Notes: generated by a model from the letters alone, not told the origin. Shown: positions 40,450 through 51,489, counted from the stretch's first letter. The stretch: DNA of 64,000 bases from Verrucomicrobiaceae bacterium (GCA_051252135.1 JBPOGH010000008.1:128001-192000); one strand, 5' to 3'. Program-made: numbers and translations.

Positions 40450-42576
40450 CTAACTTGTTTTTGAAATGAGAATGTGATCGGAGTCACTCTTTGCAGGAAG
40501 GAATCCGCCAAAGCCGGCCCGCTGCTTGACCCGGGAGACCAGGGAAGGGCTGGCGTGGAAGCGCACGAAGGTACGATTCGCCGCTTGGGAGGTCTGTTCG
40601 GTGGCCGCAAAAAGTCGGGCCACCCCTTTCTGCAGGTCCCATTCGCATTCGTCACAGGGATCCCAGCCATCCAGCAAAAGCAGATTGTACAAGTCGGATC
40701 GCCCTTTTCCCTCGTGATGAATAAAGGTCGCTGTCGCATTGACGGGAGCGGATCGTGGTTGCTCGGGATGCCACGGCTCGGGTCGCCCCGGGCCTCCGCT
40801 GCGCTTCCGTTTCCAGACCCGCAGTTGGCCCGAAATTTTCCCCATCAGACCTAGACCAATCCGCGCCGTGAGATGATCATAATTTGCCGGGAGCCCGCGC
40901 TCAGGCTGCCGGGTCAGCGCCAGCGATTGATAAGGCGCATCGCCCATCGGTCCGGTGTAAATGTAATCGCCACTTTGCACCCCAAGCGCGCTGCCCTGAT
41001 ACACCGCGCCCTCCCACTCGATCCCACCGTCGCCAAAACGATCCGGGTGCTTCCTAAAGAGGAGGGCTTCGGCATGGCCGTATCCCATCTGCTGTTTGAA
41101 ATAACGCCACGGGGTGGTGCGGCGATGATGCCACACAAAGGCCGCCGCACTAAAGCCAATCGCCATTCCTGCGTCCCGCAAGCGCCAACAAAAATCCACA
41201 TCGTCCCCCGCCGCATGATAGATCGGATCAAAGCCTCCAATCATTTCAAAGGCTTCCCGCCGCACCGTCATATTGCAGCCCGGGATATGCTCCGCTTCCG
41301 TATCAGTGAGCATCACATGGGTTGGCGCACCCGGAGCCGCCGTGGTGAGGGCCAGCGACAGGCAACCGGGATCCGGGGAAAGATTGGGCCCGCCGACCGC
41401 GGCATAATCCGTGGTCGAGTAAACGCGCGCGAGCTCCGTCAGCCAGTGGGGATCCACCACACAATCGTCATCGGTGTAGGCAAAAATCTCCCCGGTCGCC
41501 ATTTCGGCCCCGTGATTTCTCGCAGTCGAAAGCCCGGAAGGGTCGAGGTGGAACGCCCGGATGCCGGGGTAGCCTTCAAGCAACTCGCGTGTGCCATCGG
41601 TGGAACCATCGTTTACCACGATCACTTCGTAATCCGGATATTCGAGAGCGGTCGCCGCATCCAGACAGGCCTTGAGCCGTTCCTCACCATTGCGGGTGCA
41701 AATAATGACAGACATGCGGGGGGTTCCGGGCGGATCGAAGCTCAACCTGAGCCGCCGCAACTCATCCACAATCGGCTTCTCCGACCCATCCCGCCGGGTC
41801 AGCCCGAAGGACCAATCGAGAATCGTCTTCCCGCCATTCTCCCAATGGTCCGACCAGGCATAAAGGGCGCAGCCCACCACGCCGGCCTGAACACAAACTT
41901 TCAGGGCCTCGGTCAGGAGCCCGGCCTGCTGTGCTTCCGCATGCCGTTGCGTATCCAGTCCGAACTCCGCGATCATCACCGGACGATCACCCGCGAGATG
42001 GTGCAAGCGCGGGAGATACTTCGCGAGGTCGGCCGGATCTTCGAGGTAAACGTTGAAGGCGGTAAAATCCGCGCGAAGCGGCTCAAGATATTCCGTGGTC
42101 GGATAGCTGGCGTAGGCGAGCGGGATATTCGGGGCGGCTTTTTTTCCGGCGATGATTAACTCATCGAGCTTGGCCCTGACCCGCGCCGGATGCATCCAGC
42201 GGGCCATATCGGAGGGCACTTCATTCGCCACGAAGACCGCGCCCAGAGCCCGGTGGTTCTTAAATTGATTCAACCAATCGACAAGCTCTCTCCTGGCTGC
42301 CTCGAAGATGGTGGGCTTGGCAAAGAAATCACAACCGTAGCCCCAGGCGTGGGTCGGAAGAACAATGAGGTCGTTCTGCTCCGCAAGGTCCAGAAATTCC
42401 CGGTCGGGAAGTCCGTAGGTCCGCACCGCATCAAGACCGGCTTCCCGAATACGCCCCAGCTCGATCCCATCCGCTATTCCCGCCTCATCCGGATGCGGAC
42501 CGTAGGTGACGCACTTGAGAAAGTGCCTTCGCCCATCGAGGAGAAAGTGTTTTCCATCGACTTGCAGGCGGGACAC
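40450..42576 (-). CDS. GT2 glycosyltransferase fused to an N-terminal GH-A (GH2/GH5-like) TIM barrel
   Basis: N-terminal ANE and AEFG motifs; central VNDGSTD, YTDDDC, GDDVD.CWR, QQ.GY. Confidence 0.85.
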   Translation of the reverse strand: MSRLQVDGKHFLLDGRRHFLKCVTYGPHPDEAGIADGIELGRIREAGLDAVRTYGLPDREFLDLAEQNDLIVLPTHAWGYGCDFFAKPTIFEAARRELVDWLNQFKNHRALGAVFVANEVPSDMARWMHPARVRAKLDELIIAGKKAAPNIPLAYASYPTTEYLEPLRADFTAFNVYLEDPADLAKYLPRLHHLAGDRPVMIAEFGLDTQRHAEAQQAGLLTEALKVCVQAGVVGCALYAWSDHWENGGKTILDWSFGLTRRDGSEKPIVDELRRLRLSFDPPGTPRMSVIICTRNGEERLKACLDAATALEYPDYEVIVVNDGSTDGTRELLEGYPGIRAFHLDPSGLSTARNHGAEMATGEIFAYTDDDCVVDPHWLTELARVYSTTDYAAVGGPNLSPDPGCLSLALTTAAPGAPTHVMLTDTEAEHIPGCNMTVRREAFEMIGGFDPIYHAAGDDVDFCWRLRDAGMAIGFSAAAFVWHHRRTTPWRYFKQQMGYGHAEALLFRKHPDRFGDGGIEWEGAVYQGSALGVQSGDYIYTGPMGDAPYQSLALTRQPERGLPANYDHLTARIGLGLMGKISGQLRVWKRKRSGGPGRPEPWHPEQPRSAPVNATATFIHHEGKGRSDLYNLLLLDGWDPCDECEWDLQKGVARLFAATEQTSQAANRTFVRFHASPSLVSRVKQRAGFGGFLPAKSDSDHILISKTS

Positions 42577-42622
42577 GGCGTGAGCTTAAAGGGTTCGTTT
42601 GGTGAAGCAATCAACCAGATCG

Positions 42623-43501
42623 TTAGTCGGTCTGGGAAAGCTGTCGTTCCAACCAAAAATAGCTGAGGGGAGAAATCCCGGATTGTTTGAGAAGCTCAAG
42701 ATCCTTAAGCGCTTCCTCGCGACGACCCATGAGGAGGAGAGCCATTCCGCGGTCATAAACAAGGGTGAGATCCGGGCGGTCCGGATTGAGACGCTTGTTG
42801 ATCTCCGCAAGGGCGGCGTCCAACTGCCCTTGTGCCACATCCTCGAATTCAACAGAAAGCGACCTGATCGCCCAAGAGCGACGGATGCGATGGGCGGCAG
42901 GATAGCGGGAGGTTCTGATCTCCTCCTCGAGGATGGGAATGACCTCGTCAAGCTGCCCTGCCTGAATCGAGGCATCCAGCCAGGCGTTTCTCAGTACGAT
43001 GCTTTTAGTACGAACATGAGCCTGCTTGAGGACGGCAGCCGCTTCCTTGACCCGTTCCTTCCTCACCAGCAGGTAGGAGTGCAGCAGATGGGTGTGATCC
43101 TCGTTCGGAGGACCTTTCAACACATTCCCGAGCGCCCCGTCCACATCTCCGGCTGCCAGCAGAACATCGGCCGCCAAAAGATGGTTGGGAGCTGATGGGT
43201 TGAGCTTGATGAGATTCCCCGCCGTAAGCACCGCTTCCTCGTGATTCCCCGTCTTCGAGAGGAGGGTGGCCAGGGCCGCAAGCGAGAGTTCGTGATCGCT
43301 CTGCAAGGATAGGGCCTTGCGCAGATCCTCTTCCGCATGATCGGTTTCGCGAAGGGCGCGGAATTCCACCGCACGCTGAAAATAAAGTTCCGCTGTCGGG
43401 GCAATCGCGATCTTTTCGGTAAGGGATTTCACCAAGGCACTCACATCGTAATGGCCCTCCACGGGGAGGAGGGTTGCCAAAATAATGACGAGCCACTTCA
43501 T
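42623..43501 (-). CDS. Exported TPR protein
   Basis: Signal peptide followed by helical TPR-like repeats. Confidence 0.75.
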   Translation of the reverse strand: MKWLVIILATLLPVEGHYDVSALVKSLTEKIAIAPTAELYFQRAVEFRALRETDHAEEDLRKALSLQSDHELSLAALATLLSKTGNHEEAVLTAGNLIKLNPSAPNHLLAADVLLAAGDVDGALGNVLKGPPNEDHTHLLHSYLLVRKERVKEAAAVLKQAHVRTKSIVLRNAWLDASIQAGQLDEVIPILEEEIRTSRYPAAHRIRRSWAIRSLSVEFEDVAQGQLDAALAEINKRLNPDRPDLTLVYDRGMALLLMGRREEALKDLELLKQSGISPLSYFWLERQLSQTD

Positions 43502-43504
43502 GGT

Positions 43505-45436
43505 CTACTTCCCAAGAATCAAGATGGGATGAAGGGTGAAATCGGAACTCCCGATGTTCGCGTTGTGACCTTCAATGGCGATGACGTTTTCCTCACCTTT
43601 CTTCAGGAATTTTTCCACTCCCTTAAGCTGAAAGAGATCGAATTTGGCGTTCGCTTCATGAACCGTGAAATCCTCCGCTGCCGCACCCCGGTTCATCTTG
43701 ACTCCCTGGCGGAGAACTTCGTGGCCATTGAGATAGACGATGAAGGCGTCATCGTATGAGACCCGCATTCCCAGGGCGGCGAGGTTGGCTTCCTCGGGAA
43801 GGGTGAATTTCTTGCGCAGGTAGACCACGGTGTAATTCCCGCGCATATCGCTCAGAACGGTTGCGTCATCGTTATCACTGTAGCCGAAGCCGGCTGGACC
43901 CTTTTTCCAGGTTGCGTCATCATAGTCCAATGAAGTCCACTTCTCGGTAGGGTGTGATCCGGCCAGATAGGACCACTCGGCTCCCCGCGGGATGATCGGC
44001 TTGGCATTCCTGACCCAGGAAGGACGGGCGGCCGGCTTGGCAGCAGGCGGCGTATATGGCTCCGGCTGCCATGGATCGGCGATAGGCGTATGCTCCACCG
44101 TCCCCTTTTTCGTAATGGCAAAGTTGTCCCGAATGACTCCGTCAATATTGAGCATTTGCGCATTAAGGGTATCGCCGGAAATGGAAATGAGGCAGGAGCC
44201 GTTTTCCACGATGATCCGTTTCATGATCGGAGAAGTTCCTTTGCGACGCACTCCCGTGCCACCGTGACCGGCAACAATTTGAACAACTCCATTGTGAGGG
44301 TTGAGGCCCTCGCTTTTGCGATACGCACCATCTCCCTCGGGATCACCATCTCCGTCATCAAGCACCACCCCGTCCGCCACGGTCGGCGTGTCGTAAGCTC
44401 CATCAATCAACATCGACCGCTCATAGATGTGCGAATGTCCGGTGAAGACGATATCGACTCCTCCCGATTCCAAAATCGGCATAATGTGCTCACGCATTTC
44501 GATGAGCTGACCCTCGGTGTCGGAGTCGTGCGAACCCTTAGTGTAGGGCGGGTGGTGGAAGTAGGCGACGAGAAAGTCCGCCTTCGTTTTTTCCAGGTCT
44601 GCTTTCAGCCATTGGGCCATCGCTCCGGAGGGACGACGATCAAGGTCGTGTGAATCAAGACAGATGAAATGCACTTTGCCGTAGTCGAAGGAATAATAGG
44701 CTTCCTTGCCCGAGGGCACACCGCCGGCCTCAGCCCGGGTGGGGCAGACGTAGGCGTCGTAGTAAGGGCCCACGCCGCTTTCACCCTTTGAGGTGCGGCC
44801 TTCATGATTCCCCATCGCGGCCCAGCAGACCGTGTTGCGGATGGTCGGCTCATACATCTTGAAGAAGCGATCGCTGAATTCCTGATTCGTTCCGGATCCG
44901 TAGGCCATGTCACCTACGTGGATGTAGAGATCAAGTTCGCGGCCCTTCTCCTTATTGTGCTTCACCATGGCATCATGCACTTTGGCCTGTGCCTCTCCTC
45001 CGGTCCCCGAGTCCCCCACGACCCAAAAATAGACCGGCGCGTCTGACCCCGGAACGGGATGGGTTTTGAAGCGGAAGCTTTCGTCTTCCGCCGTGAGGCG
45101 ATTGTCGCCGTCGAAAATCGCGTAGTAATAAGTCGTGTTAGGCTGCAATCCGCAGATCGAGGCTTCATACTGGCGCGTGCGTTCAAGCGCATCCTTAAAG
45201 ATTGGCGCTTCGCCGCCGAGTGACGGATGGAGGCGGGTCGCCAGATGGTCGTCGGAGAGGACCTGATCCAGATTGTCCGGGGAAGTTCCGAAACGAAGCG
45301 CGGGGTTGATTTCCTCGTCTGTTCTCCAAACTACCGTCATGGAGGTATCCGTTGCCAGCTGGACATAGGGATCGCGTGAAAAGGAAGTTGCAAAACTTAC
45401 GGAGCTAAAAAGGAGGAAGATGAACAGAAGCTTCAT
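43505..45436 (-). CDS. Purple-acid-phosphatase-like metallophosphoesterase
   Basis: FN3-like N-domain, GDSG, GDMAY, GNHE, HHPPY, GHSH.YERS; C-terminal beta-sandwich. Confidence 0.9.
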   Translation of the reverse strand: MKLLFIFLLFSSVSFATSFSRDPYVQLATDTSMTVVWRTDEEINPALRFGTSPDNLDQVLSDDHLATRLHPSLGGEAPIFKDALERTRQYEASICGLQPNTTYYYAIFDGDNRLTAEDESFRFKTHPVPGSDAPVYFWVVGDSGTGGEAQAKVHDAMVKHNKEKGRELDLYIHVGDMAYGSGTNQEFSDRFFKMYEPTIRNTVCWAAMGNHEGRTSKGESGVGPYYDAYVCPTRAEAGGVPSGKEAYYSFDYGKVHFICLDSHDLDRRPSGAMAQWLKADLEKTKADFLVAYFHHPPYTKGSHDSDTEGQLIEMREHIMPILESGGVDIVFTGHSHIYERSMLIDGAYDTPTVADGVVLDDGDGDPEGDGAYRKSEGLNPHNGVVQIVAGHGGTGVRRKGTSPIMKRIIVENGSCLISISGDTLNAQMLNIDGVIRDNFAITKKGTVEHTPIADPWQPEPYTPPAAKPAARPSWVRNAKPIIPRGAEWSYLAGSHPTEKWTSLDYDDATWKKGPAGFGYSDNDDATVLSDMRGNYTVVYLRKKFTLPEEANLAALGMRVSYDDAFIVYLNGHEVLRQGVKMNRGAAAEDFTVHEANAKFDLFQLKGVEKFLKKGEENVIAIEGHNANIGSSDFTLHPILILGK

Positions 45437-45568
45437 GGAAGAGGGGTCATTATCAGTGGGCTGCGCACAATGTGCAACTCCTCAGAAACGATCGATTCTT
45501 ATTGGGTCTATCATGGGCTCTGATTCGCAAGGTTGACCTGCTTCCCGCTCTCCGCTACTTCGGGACCC

Positions 45569-45790
45569 ATGGATTTCGTATTTCGCCGTTCTCTTTTCCT
45601 TGCTCTCGGTCTTGCCACACTTGGGATATCTTCGTGTGGTCTCGTTCGCTCAGCAATCCAAATTCCGGCCCGGACACTTCAGGGAGTTGGCCGGACCGCC
45701 GGTTTCGGACTTGAAGCAACTGAGGTCTCAGAGGGGCGCGCCCGGGAACATGCCCAACCTACTGAGGTGACTTTTGTTAAGGTTGATTAA
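45569..45790 (+). CDS. Small lipoprotein
   Basis: LGISSC lipobox followed by an amphipathic helix. Confidence 0.55.
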   Translation: MDFVFRRSLFLALGLATLGISSCGLVRSAIQIPARTLQGVGRTAGFGLEATEVSEGRAREHAQPTEVTFVKVD

Positions 45791-45831
45791 ATTCTTATTG
45801 TTCTGAAGGATTCATTTGATATCCTTCTCGA

Positions 45832-46299
45832 ATGGTAAGGCCCGGACCTACTCATCGACAAACCCGATTCGTAAAATGGATGTCGGTTCTCTTCATGGGC
45901 CGATTTTTTCTTGGATTGATGCTCATCGGGTCCTGCACCTACGGAATTTTCCATCCCGGGAGTCTTTCGCTGGCCATCATCAGTGCCGTCTTCCTTCTCA
46001 ATCTCCTTTTGCTCGGGATCCAGTTGGCTGAAAGTAGCGCCTGCCGCTGCGCCGTCTGCACCACCCCCCTTTTCCAATCGTCCCGTGGTCGTGGTGGCAA
46101 GATCAGCCCGCGCGCCAAGTCACTGGGCGGGAGCCGCCGACTCTATCGAAGCATGTCCATCCTGTTGGGTCAGCACTACCACTGCAATCACTGCGGAGAA
46201 AAGGTGAAATGCGGCCTCACCCGGCCGACGCTGCAACCGATCGGTCGCGTTCAACACTGCGTTACCCTTCCCCGCGCGCCCGGGCGCCGGGCCAGCTAA
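45832..46299 (+). CDS. Hypothetical membrane protein with two CxxC pairs
   Basis: Two TM segments, then CAVC...CNHC (zinc-ribbon-like). Confidence 0.55.
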   Translation: MVRPGPTHRQTRFVKWMSVLFMGRFFLGLMLIGSCTYGIFHPGSLSLAIISAVFLLNLLLLGIQLAESSACRCAVCTTPLFQSSRGRGGKISPRAKSLGGSRRLYRSMSILLGQHYHCNHCGEKVKCGLTRPTLQPIGRVQHCVTLPRAPGRRAS

Positions 46300-46739
46300 G
46301 CAGAAGGCGCCTCGATCACCCGCACTCTTCTTCCGTCCCTCTCGTGGCTTAGCTCCAGCCAAAGCGCACCCTTTGGCAACAGCTCAGGGAATCGACCCGG
46401 CCACTCGACAATCACCACTCCCCCACGGTCAAGATAGTCATCCCAGCCGAGTTCCAGGAGCTCATGCTCATCCTCGACCCGGTAAAAGTCGAAATGGAAC
46501 ACCTCCAGACTCCCCCCCCGGTACTCTTGAACCAGGGAAAACGTCGGACTGGTTACGGCTTCATGATATCCCAACCCATTCATCAAGCCCTGGGTGAGGG
46601 TCGTTTTTCCCGCTCCCAGATCTCCTACCAGAGCCAGGACATCGCCCGGTCCAAGCAATCCCGAAATCTCCGCTCCCAGAGCCAGGGTCCCCTCCCTGTC
46701 AGGAAGGAATCGCGGTAGCGGAAGAAGCTTGGCATTCAT
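46296..46739 (-). CDS. tsaE: tRNA t6A biosynthesis ATPase
   Basis: GDLGAGKT, VTSPTFSL, HFDFYR, VEW. Confidence 0.95.
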   Translation of the reverse strand: MNAKLLPLPRFLPDREGTLALGAEISGLLGPGDVLALVGDLGAGKTTLTQGLMNGLGYHEAVTSPTFSLVQEYRGGSLEVFHFDFYRVEDEHELLELGWDDYLDRGGVVIVEWPGRFPELLPKGALWLELSHERDGRRVRVIEAPSA

Positions 46740-46897
46740 GGGCGGGGACATCCAAACGGGCAGGATCGGCAATCGACAAGTTTCTTTATCTTCTTTTTGA
46801 AAAAAACCTTGCTCTTCACGATGGCATATGGTGAATTCCGCCCCCCTGAAAGCAAGAAGGTTCTTGCTCGCGGGAAACACTCAAGCACCCATTCCAA

Positions 46898-47212
46898 ATG
46901 GCCTACGCAATTTTCAAAACCGGCGGTAAACAGTATCGCGTCTCGGAAGGCGACACCATCAGTGTCGACAAGCTTCCTGTGGCCGCTGACGACGAAATCA
47001 AGTTCAGCGAAGTTCTCCTCATCAATGACGGATCCGACACCAAAGTGGGCGCTCCTGTTGTTGACGGCGCCGGCGTCACCGCCAAGGTCATCGAGCAGCA
47101 CCGCGGTAAAAAGGGTGTCGCATTCAAGTTCAAGCGCCGTAAGGGGTACCACAAGACCATCGGCTTCCGCCACCACCTCACCAAGCTCCAGATCACCGGG
47201 ATCGAGGGCTAA
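46898..47212 (+). CDS. rplU: 50S ribosomal protein L21
   Basis: [25 protein letters not shown]. Confidence 0.98.
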   Translation: MAYAIFKTGGKQYRVSEGDTISVDKLPVAADDEIKFSEVLLINDGSDTKVGAPVVDGAGVTAKVIEQHRGKKGVAFKFKRRKGYHKTIGFRHHLTKLQITGIEG

Positions 47213-47238
47213 ACTCCACTTTCTACCTACTTTTCGTT

Positions 47239-47490
47239 ATGGCTCATAAAAAAGGACAGGGTTCCGTTAAGAACGGACGCGACTCACGCAGCAAGCGCCT
47301 CGGCGTGAAAAAATTCGGTGGCGAATCCGTCATCGCAGGCAACATCCTCATTCGCCAGCGCGGCACCAAGTGGCATCCGGGTGCCAATGTCGGCATGGGC
47401 AAGGATCACACCCTCTTCGCACTGAATGACGGTAGCGTTTTCTTCGACAAGAAGGGCCGCCGCATCAATGTGGAACTTGCTGAAGCGTAA
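47239..47490 (+). CDS. rpmA: 50S ribosomal protein L27
   Basis: [28 protein letters not shown]. Confidence 0.98.
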   Translation: MAHKKGQGSVKNGRDSRSKRLGVKKFGGESVIAGNILIRQRGTKWHPGANVGMGKDHTLFALNDGSVFFDKKGRRINVELAEA

Positions 47491-47511
47491 TCCCTCGGGA
47501 TTTCAATTTTT

Positions 47512-47545
47512 AAAAAAGGCGGACCTTTGTGGTCCGCCTTTTTTT
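47512..47545 (+). terminator. Intrinsic terminator after rpmA
   Basis: AAAAAAGGCGGACC-TTTGT-GGTCCGCCTTTTTTT. Confidence 0.9.
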
Positions 47546-47640
47546 GTGATCGATCCAACGCTTTGATCTGCTTAGTTTGGTAACCGATCGAACATATGTT
47601 TAATAGGACCCCTCGAATCTCAAGTTGATCAGTTTCTATC

Positions 47641-48501
47641 ATGACTCGTTACTTCGCTGCCCTTTTTCTCCTTGCTGGCCTTTCCACAGAAGCAGCCAGC
47701 CTCTCGGATCTCTCCTATCGCACAATCAACGGAGCACTCATCATTACTGACTGTAGTCAGGATGCCGCTGGAGAATTAATTGTCCCGGCTACCATCGAAG
47801 GCAACCCCGTCTCAGCCATTGGTTCCAATGCATTCAGAGAATGCAGGCTCCTGACAAATGTCGTAATTTCAGATGGGATCACTTCGATCCACAATCACGC
47901 CTTCAGAAACTGTCAGGGTCTCAAATCCCTTTCCATTCCAGATAGCGTCGAAGTCATCGGCGACTACGCATTTAACTGGTGCGTGGAATTGGAAGAGATC
48001 ACCTTACCGAACTATCTCACCTCCATTGGTTACTATGTTTTCAATGGGTGCGCGAGTCTCACATCATTAGCGATTCCTGCCGGAGTGACTTCAATCCAAA
48101 GCACAGCATTCATCAATTGCGGGCGGCTTCGGGAACTACGCTTCCTCGGCAATGCTCCGGACAATGTCCCTTCATCTGCCTTCGCCGAGTTTTCCTCTGA
48201 GGCTGTCGCTATTATCTACGATCATGCCAGTGGTTTCAGTGACACCATCGGTGTCCTCCCGGTCATCATCGAGCCGGCACCAATCGTGCCACCAACTCGT
48301 TTCGTTAACGGACGCTTTCTGATCGAAATTGATTTGAACACCATCGAAAGCCTTACCTGCCAATATACAGTGGATGTTCAAACGTGGACGACTGTTGAGA
48401 ATACACGAGTGTTCCTGAATCATCTAATCGTCCCCCTCGATTCCCCCGCTCTCTCCGGTAAGGCCGGGCTCTTCCGCTTCGTTCCTAAGGATTCTCCTTA
48501 G
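47641..48501 (+). CDS. BspA-type (LRR_5) leucine-rich-repeat exported protein
   Basis: Repeated I.IP..V..IG..AF..C..L units; ends GLFRFVP. Confidence 0.88.
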   Translation: MTRYFAALFLLAGLSTEAASLSDLSYRTINGALIITDCSQDAAGELIVPATIEGNPVSAIGSNAFRECRLLTNVVISDGITSIHNHAFRNCQGLKSLSIPDSVEVIGDYAFNWCVELEEITLPNYLTSIGYYVFNGCASLTSLAIPAGVTSIQSTAFINCGRLRELRFLGNAPDNVPSSAFAEFSSEAVAIIYDHASGFSDTIGVLPVIIEPAPIVPPTRFVNGRFLIEIDLNTIESLTCQYTVDVQTWTTVENTRVFLNHLIVPLDSPALSGKAGLFRFVPKDSP

Positions 48502-48564
48502 GGCTGTGATGCCGACTCCCTTTTGTCCGCCTAGTTCTACTTAGTTAGATTTTGTCAGCCCGTC

Positions 48565-48978
48565 TTACTTCCCAGCCACAAACCCTCCAAAATCGTTTTC
48601 ACAGAGAAACGTGTCGGTTTGTTTTTTATACTCCTGGATCTGATTGTGAAGGGGACAGGGAATGTCGTTGGGGCAATACCCTTCACCCAAAGGACACATC
48701 ACATCATTATTCTGTAGCTCAAAACAGCTAACGACATCCATGAGCCGAATTTTAGCCGGGTCCCTCACCAAGATATAGCCGCCACCCGGCCCTTTGGTTC
48801 CCTTCATAAATCCGGATCCGGACAGAGTGGTCAGGATCTTTGCGGTGAGCGCCTTGGAAATTCTCCGGGCATCGGCAGCTTGCCGGGATGTGACCGGGCC
48901 CGTGCCATCCCGATAGCATTCCGCCAGGTAACTGACGATCGCGATCGCGTTTTGAGCGGTTTTTCCTATCTGCAACAT
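48565..48978 (-). CDS. Rrf2 family transcriptional regulator
   Basis: KIL..L...G....KGPGGGY winged helix; CPLG..YC....PCPLH cysteine motif. Confidence 0.92.
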   Translation of the reverse strand: MLQIGKTAQNAIAIVSYLAECYRDGTGPVTSRQAADARRISKALTAKILTTLSGSGFMKGTKGPGGGYILVRDPAKIRLMDVVSCFELQNNDVMCPLGEGYCPNDIPCPLHNQIQEYKKQTDTFLCENDFGGFVAGK

Positions 48979-49065
48979 GGATCCGATTCACTTCCTTGGG
49001 GAATTGCCCTCCAGCCTATGCTATGGGCCAATGCCCATTAAGCCAATAAATTCCTCCTCATGCTT

Positions 49066-49089
49066 ATAAAAGAAAGAAAGTTCTTTTAT
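49066..49089. promoter_or_regulatory. Perfect 9-6-9 inverted repeat, candidate Rrf2 operator
   Basis: ATAAAAGAA-AGAAAG-TTCTTTTAT between divergent rrf2 and nirK. Confidence 0.7.
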
Positions 49090-49134
49090 TATTTTGTTTG
49101 GTGTTTACGATGAATGCGAAAATCACCACCAACG

Positions 49135-50664
49135 ATGAACAAATACCACTATCTCTCCCTCGCGATGGCAGCCGTGAGCGCGTCGGCCCTCCCCTCCTGC
49201 CGTCCCTCGGACCAAGCCGCTGATTCGAAAAATTCAGACCAAACGGCTCCTATCGGTCAATCAGTTCCCGATGTTGCCGCGATCCTCTCCGAGGAACTCA
49301 AAGGCGAAGAAATCGCCATCCTCACCGATGCCCCCAATGTGCCACCCCAGATTACCCGCACACACCGCACCAAGGTCATCGTCAATCTCGAGGTCAAGGA
49401 AGTCGTAAAGCCCATGGCTGATGGGGTGGATTACACCTTCTGGACCTTTGGCGGCAGTGTTCCCGGTAAATTCATCCGCGTGCGCGAGGGCGACTTCGTC
49501 GAGTTCCACCTCGCCAACCACCCGAGCAGCAAGATGCCTCACAACATCGACCTACACGCCGTCACCGGCCCCGGAGGTGGCGCTGCTGCGTCCTTCACCA
49601 CCCCCGGTCATGAATCGGTCTTTTCCTTCACCGCACTCAACCCCGGCATCTATGTTTACCACTGTGCCACCGCACCTGTCGGCATGCACATCGCCAATGG
49701 CATGTATGGTCTCATCCTCGTCGAGCCCAAGGAAGGGATGCCCAAGGTCGATAAGGAATTCTACGTCATGCAGGGCGATTTCTACACCAAGGGGAAATAC
49801 GGCGAAGCCGGACTCCAGCCCTTCAGCATGGAAAAAGCAATCAGGGAAGATGCCGATTACGTGGTCTTCAATGGCTCCGTCGGTGCCCTCACCGGTGACA
49901 ATGCCCTCCAGGCCGATGTCGGTGACTCTGTCCGCCTCTTTGTCGGAAACGGTGGACCGAACCTGGTGTCCTCCTTCCACGTCATTGGAGAAATTTTTGA
50001 CAAAGTCTTCACCGAAGGTGGCTGGGGATCGCCCAACACCAATGTCCAAACCACACTTGTGCCTGCCGGTGGTAGCGCCATGTGCGAATTCACTCTCGAT
50101 ACCGAGGGCACCTTCATCCTCGTCGATCACTCGATCTTCCGCGCCTTCAACAAGGGCGCCATCGGCATGCTTAAAGCAGGCGGTGGCGACCCCACCCAAA
50201 ACGAGCTCGTCTACTCGGGTAAGACCGATGATCGCATCTACCTTCCCGAAGGGGGTGCCATTCAGGAAATGCCCGGCGATGGGCAGGCCCAGACTCCTGC
50301 TGCCAATAAGGCCGAGCGCATTGCCCGCGGCAAAATGAAATACACCGCGGTCTGCATGGCCTGCCACCAGGCCAACGGAGCCGGCGTCCCCGCCGCCTTT
50401 CCTCCGCTGGCCAAAGCGGACTACCTCAATGCCGACAAAGACCGCGCCATCAGCACCGTCATCCACGGACTCTCCGGTGAGATTGTCGTCAATGGCGAAA
50501 AATACAACAGCATCATGCCTTCGCTTGGCCTCAACGACGAAGACGTCGCCAACGTCCTGACCTACGTCTACAGCGAATGGGAAAACAACGGGTCCGAAGT
50601 CACCCCCGCCGAAGTGGCTGCCGTCCGCGCCAAAGGAGGAAAAGCTGTTGATGGCGGACACTAA
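49135..50664 (+). CDS. nirK: Copper nitrite reductase lipoprotein with C-terminal cytochrome c domain
   Basis: HNIDLH, YHC, HIANGM, SSFHVIG and VDH copper/catalytic motifs; C-terminal CMACH...MP; ALPSC lipobox. Confidence 0.95.
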   Translation: MNKYHYLSLAMAAVSASALPSCRPSDQAADSKNSDQTAPIGQSVPDVAAILSEELKGEEIAILTDAPNVPPQITRTHRTKVIVNLEVKEVVKPMADGVDYTFWTFGGSVPGKFIRVREGDFVEFHLANHPSSKMPHNIDLHAVTGPGGGAAASFTTPGHESVFSFTALNPGIYVYHCATAPVGMHIANGMYGLILVEPKEGMPKVDKEFYVMQGDFYTKGKYGEAGLQPFSMEKAIREDADYVVFNGSVGALTGDNALQADVGDSVRLFVGNGGPNLVSSFHVIGEIFDKVFTEGGWGSPNTNVQTTLVPAGGSAMCEFTLDTEGTFILVDHSIFRAFNKGAIGMLKAGGGDPTQNELVYSGKTDDRIYLPEGGAIQEMPGDGQAQTPAANKAERIARGKMKYTAVCMACHQANGAGVPAAFPPLAKADYLNADKDRAISTVIHGLSGEIVVNGEKYNSIMPSLGLNDEDVANVLTYVYSEWENNGSEVTPAEVAAVRAKGGKAVDGGH

Positions 50665-50685
50665 CCGTCCCGATTCGATTGTCTC

Positions 50686-51489
50686 ATGATCTCTCTCCGC
50701 GCCAGCGCCTTCGCGTTCATTACATGCCTTCGATTATCGATGGCAGCGGAAGAGAGTGGGACCGAAGCAACCTTGGTGTCCGTTCCGGCGGGCACCTACA
50801 TCCCCCTTTACACCGTCGATAAAACACCCCGGAAGGTCGCAGCTTTTCGGGTCGATATTTGCCCCGTGTCCAAGCGCGAGTTCCGCGACTTCGTCATCAA
50901 AAACCCGCGCTGGCAGCGCTCTAAAATTGCCAAACTCTTCGCTGACAAATCCTACCTCAGCGATTGGAAAAGTGATACCGACCCCGGCCCCGACCTCGAC
51001 TCGCCGGTCACCTATGTTTCCTGGTTCGCCGCCCGGGCCTACGCCAAGGAACACGGCAAGCGACTCCCCACCGTCGATGAATGGGAATACGTCGCCCAAG
51101 CCGATGCCACCCAGGCCAATGCCACCGGTGACGATGCCTACACCGAGAACATCCTCGCCTGGTATGCGGCCCGACCCGTTTCTCCCCTTCCCGATCCCCG
51201 CTCATTCCCCAAAAACTTCCACGGAATCAAAGCCCTCCACGGCTTGATCTGGGAGTGGAACGAAGATTTCAACAACGCCATGGTCACCGGTGAATCGCGC
51301 GGCGACACCGGCATCGAGCGCAATCTTTTCTGCGCCGGCGGCGCCCTCAGCGCGACCGATGTCCGGAACTACGCCGCCTTCATGCGCTACGCCTTCCGCT
51401 CCAGCCTCAAAGGGAGCTACACCACGGCCAACCTCGGCTTCCGCTGCGCCGCTTCACCTTTAAAAAGCACTCCCCAGTCATCCAGATGA
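50686..51489 (+). CDS. FGE-sulfatase-fold protein (NirV-like)
   Basis: PV..VSW.AA.AY....GKRLPT..EWEY, G.IWEW, GFRCA; lacks the catalytic FGE cysteine pair. Confidence 0.85.
   Translation: MISLRASAFAFITCLRLSMAAEESGTEATLVSVPAGTYIPLYTVDKTPRKVAAFRVDICPVSKREFRDFVIKNPRWQRSKIAKLFADKSYLSDWKSDTDPGPDLDSPVTYVSWFAARAYAKEHGKRLPTVDEWEYVAQADATQANATGDDAYTENILAWYAARPVSPLPDPRSFPKNFHGIKALHGLIWEWNEDFNNAMVTGESRGDTGIERNLFCAGGALSATDVRNYAAFMRYAFRSSLKGSYTTANLGFRCAASPLKSTPQSSR

Noticed and set aside
46851..46868. Hairpin AGCAAGAA-GG-TTCTTGCT as an rplU leader RNA
   Set aside because: A single short hairpin with no comparative support.
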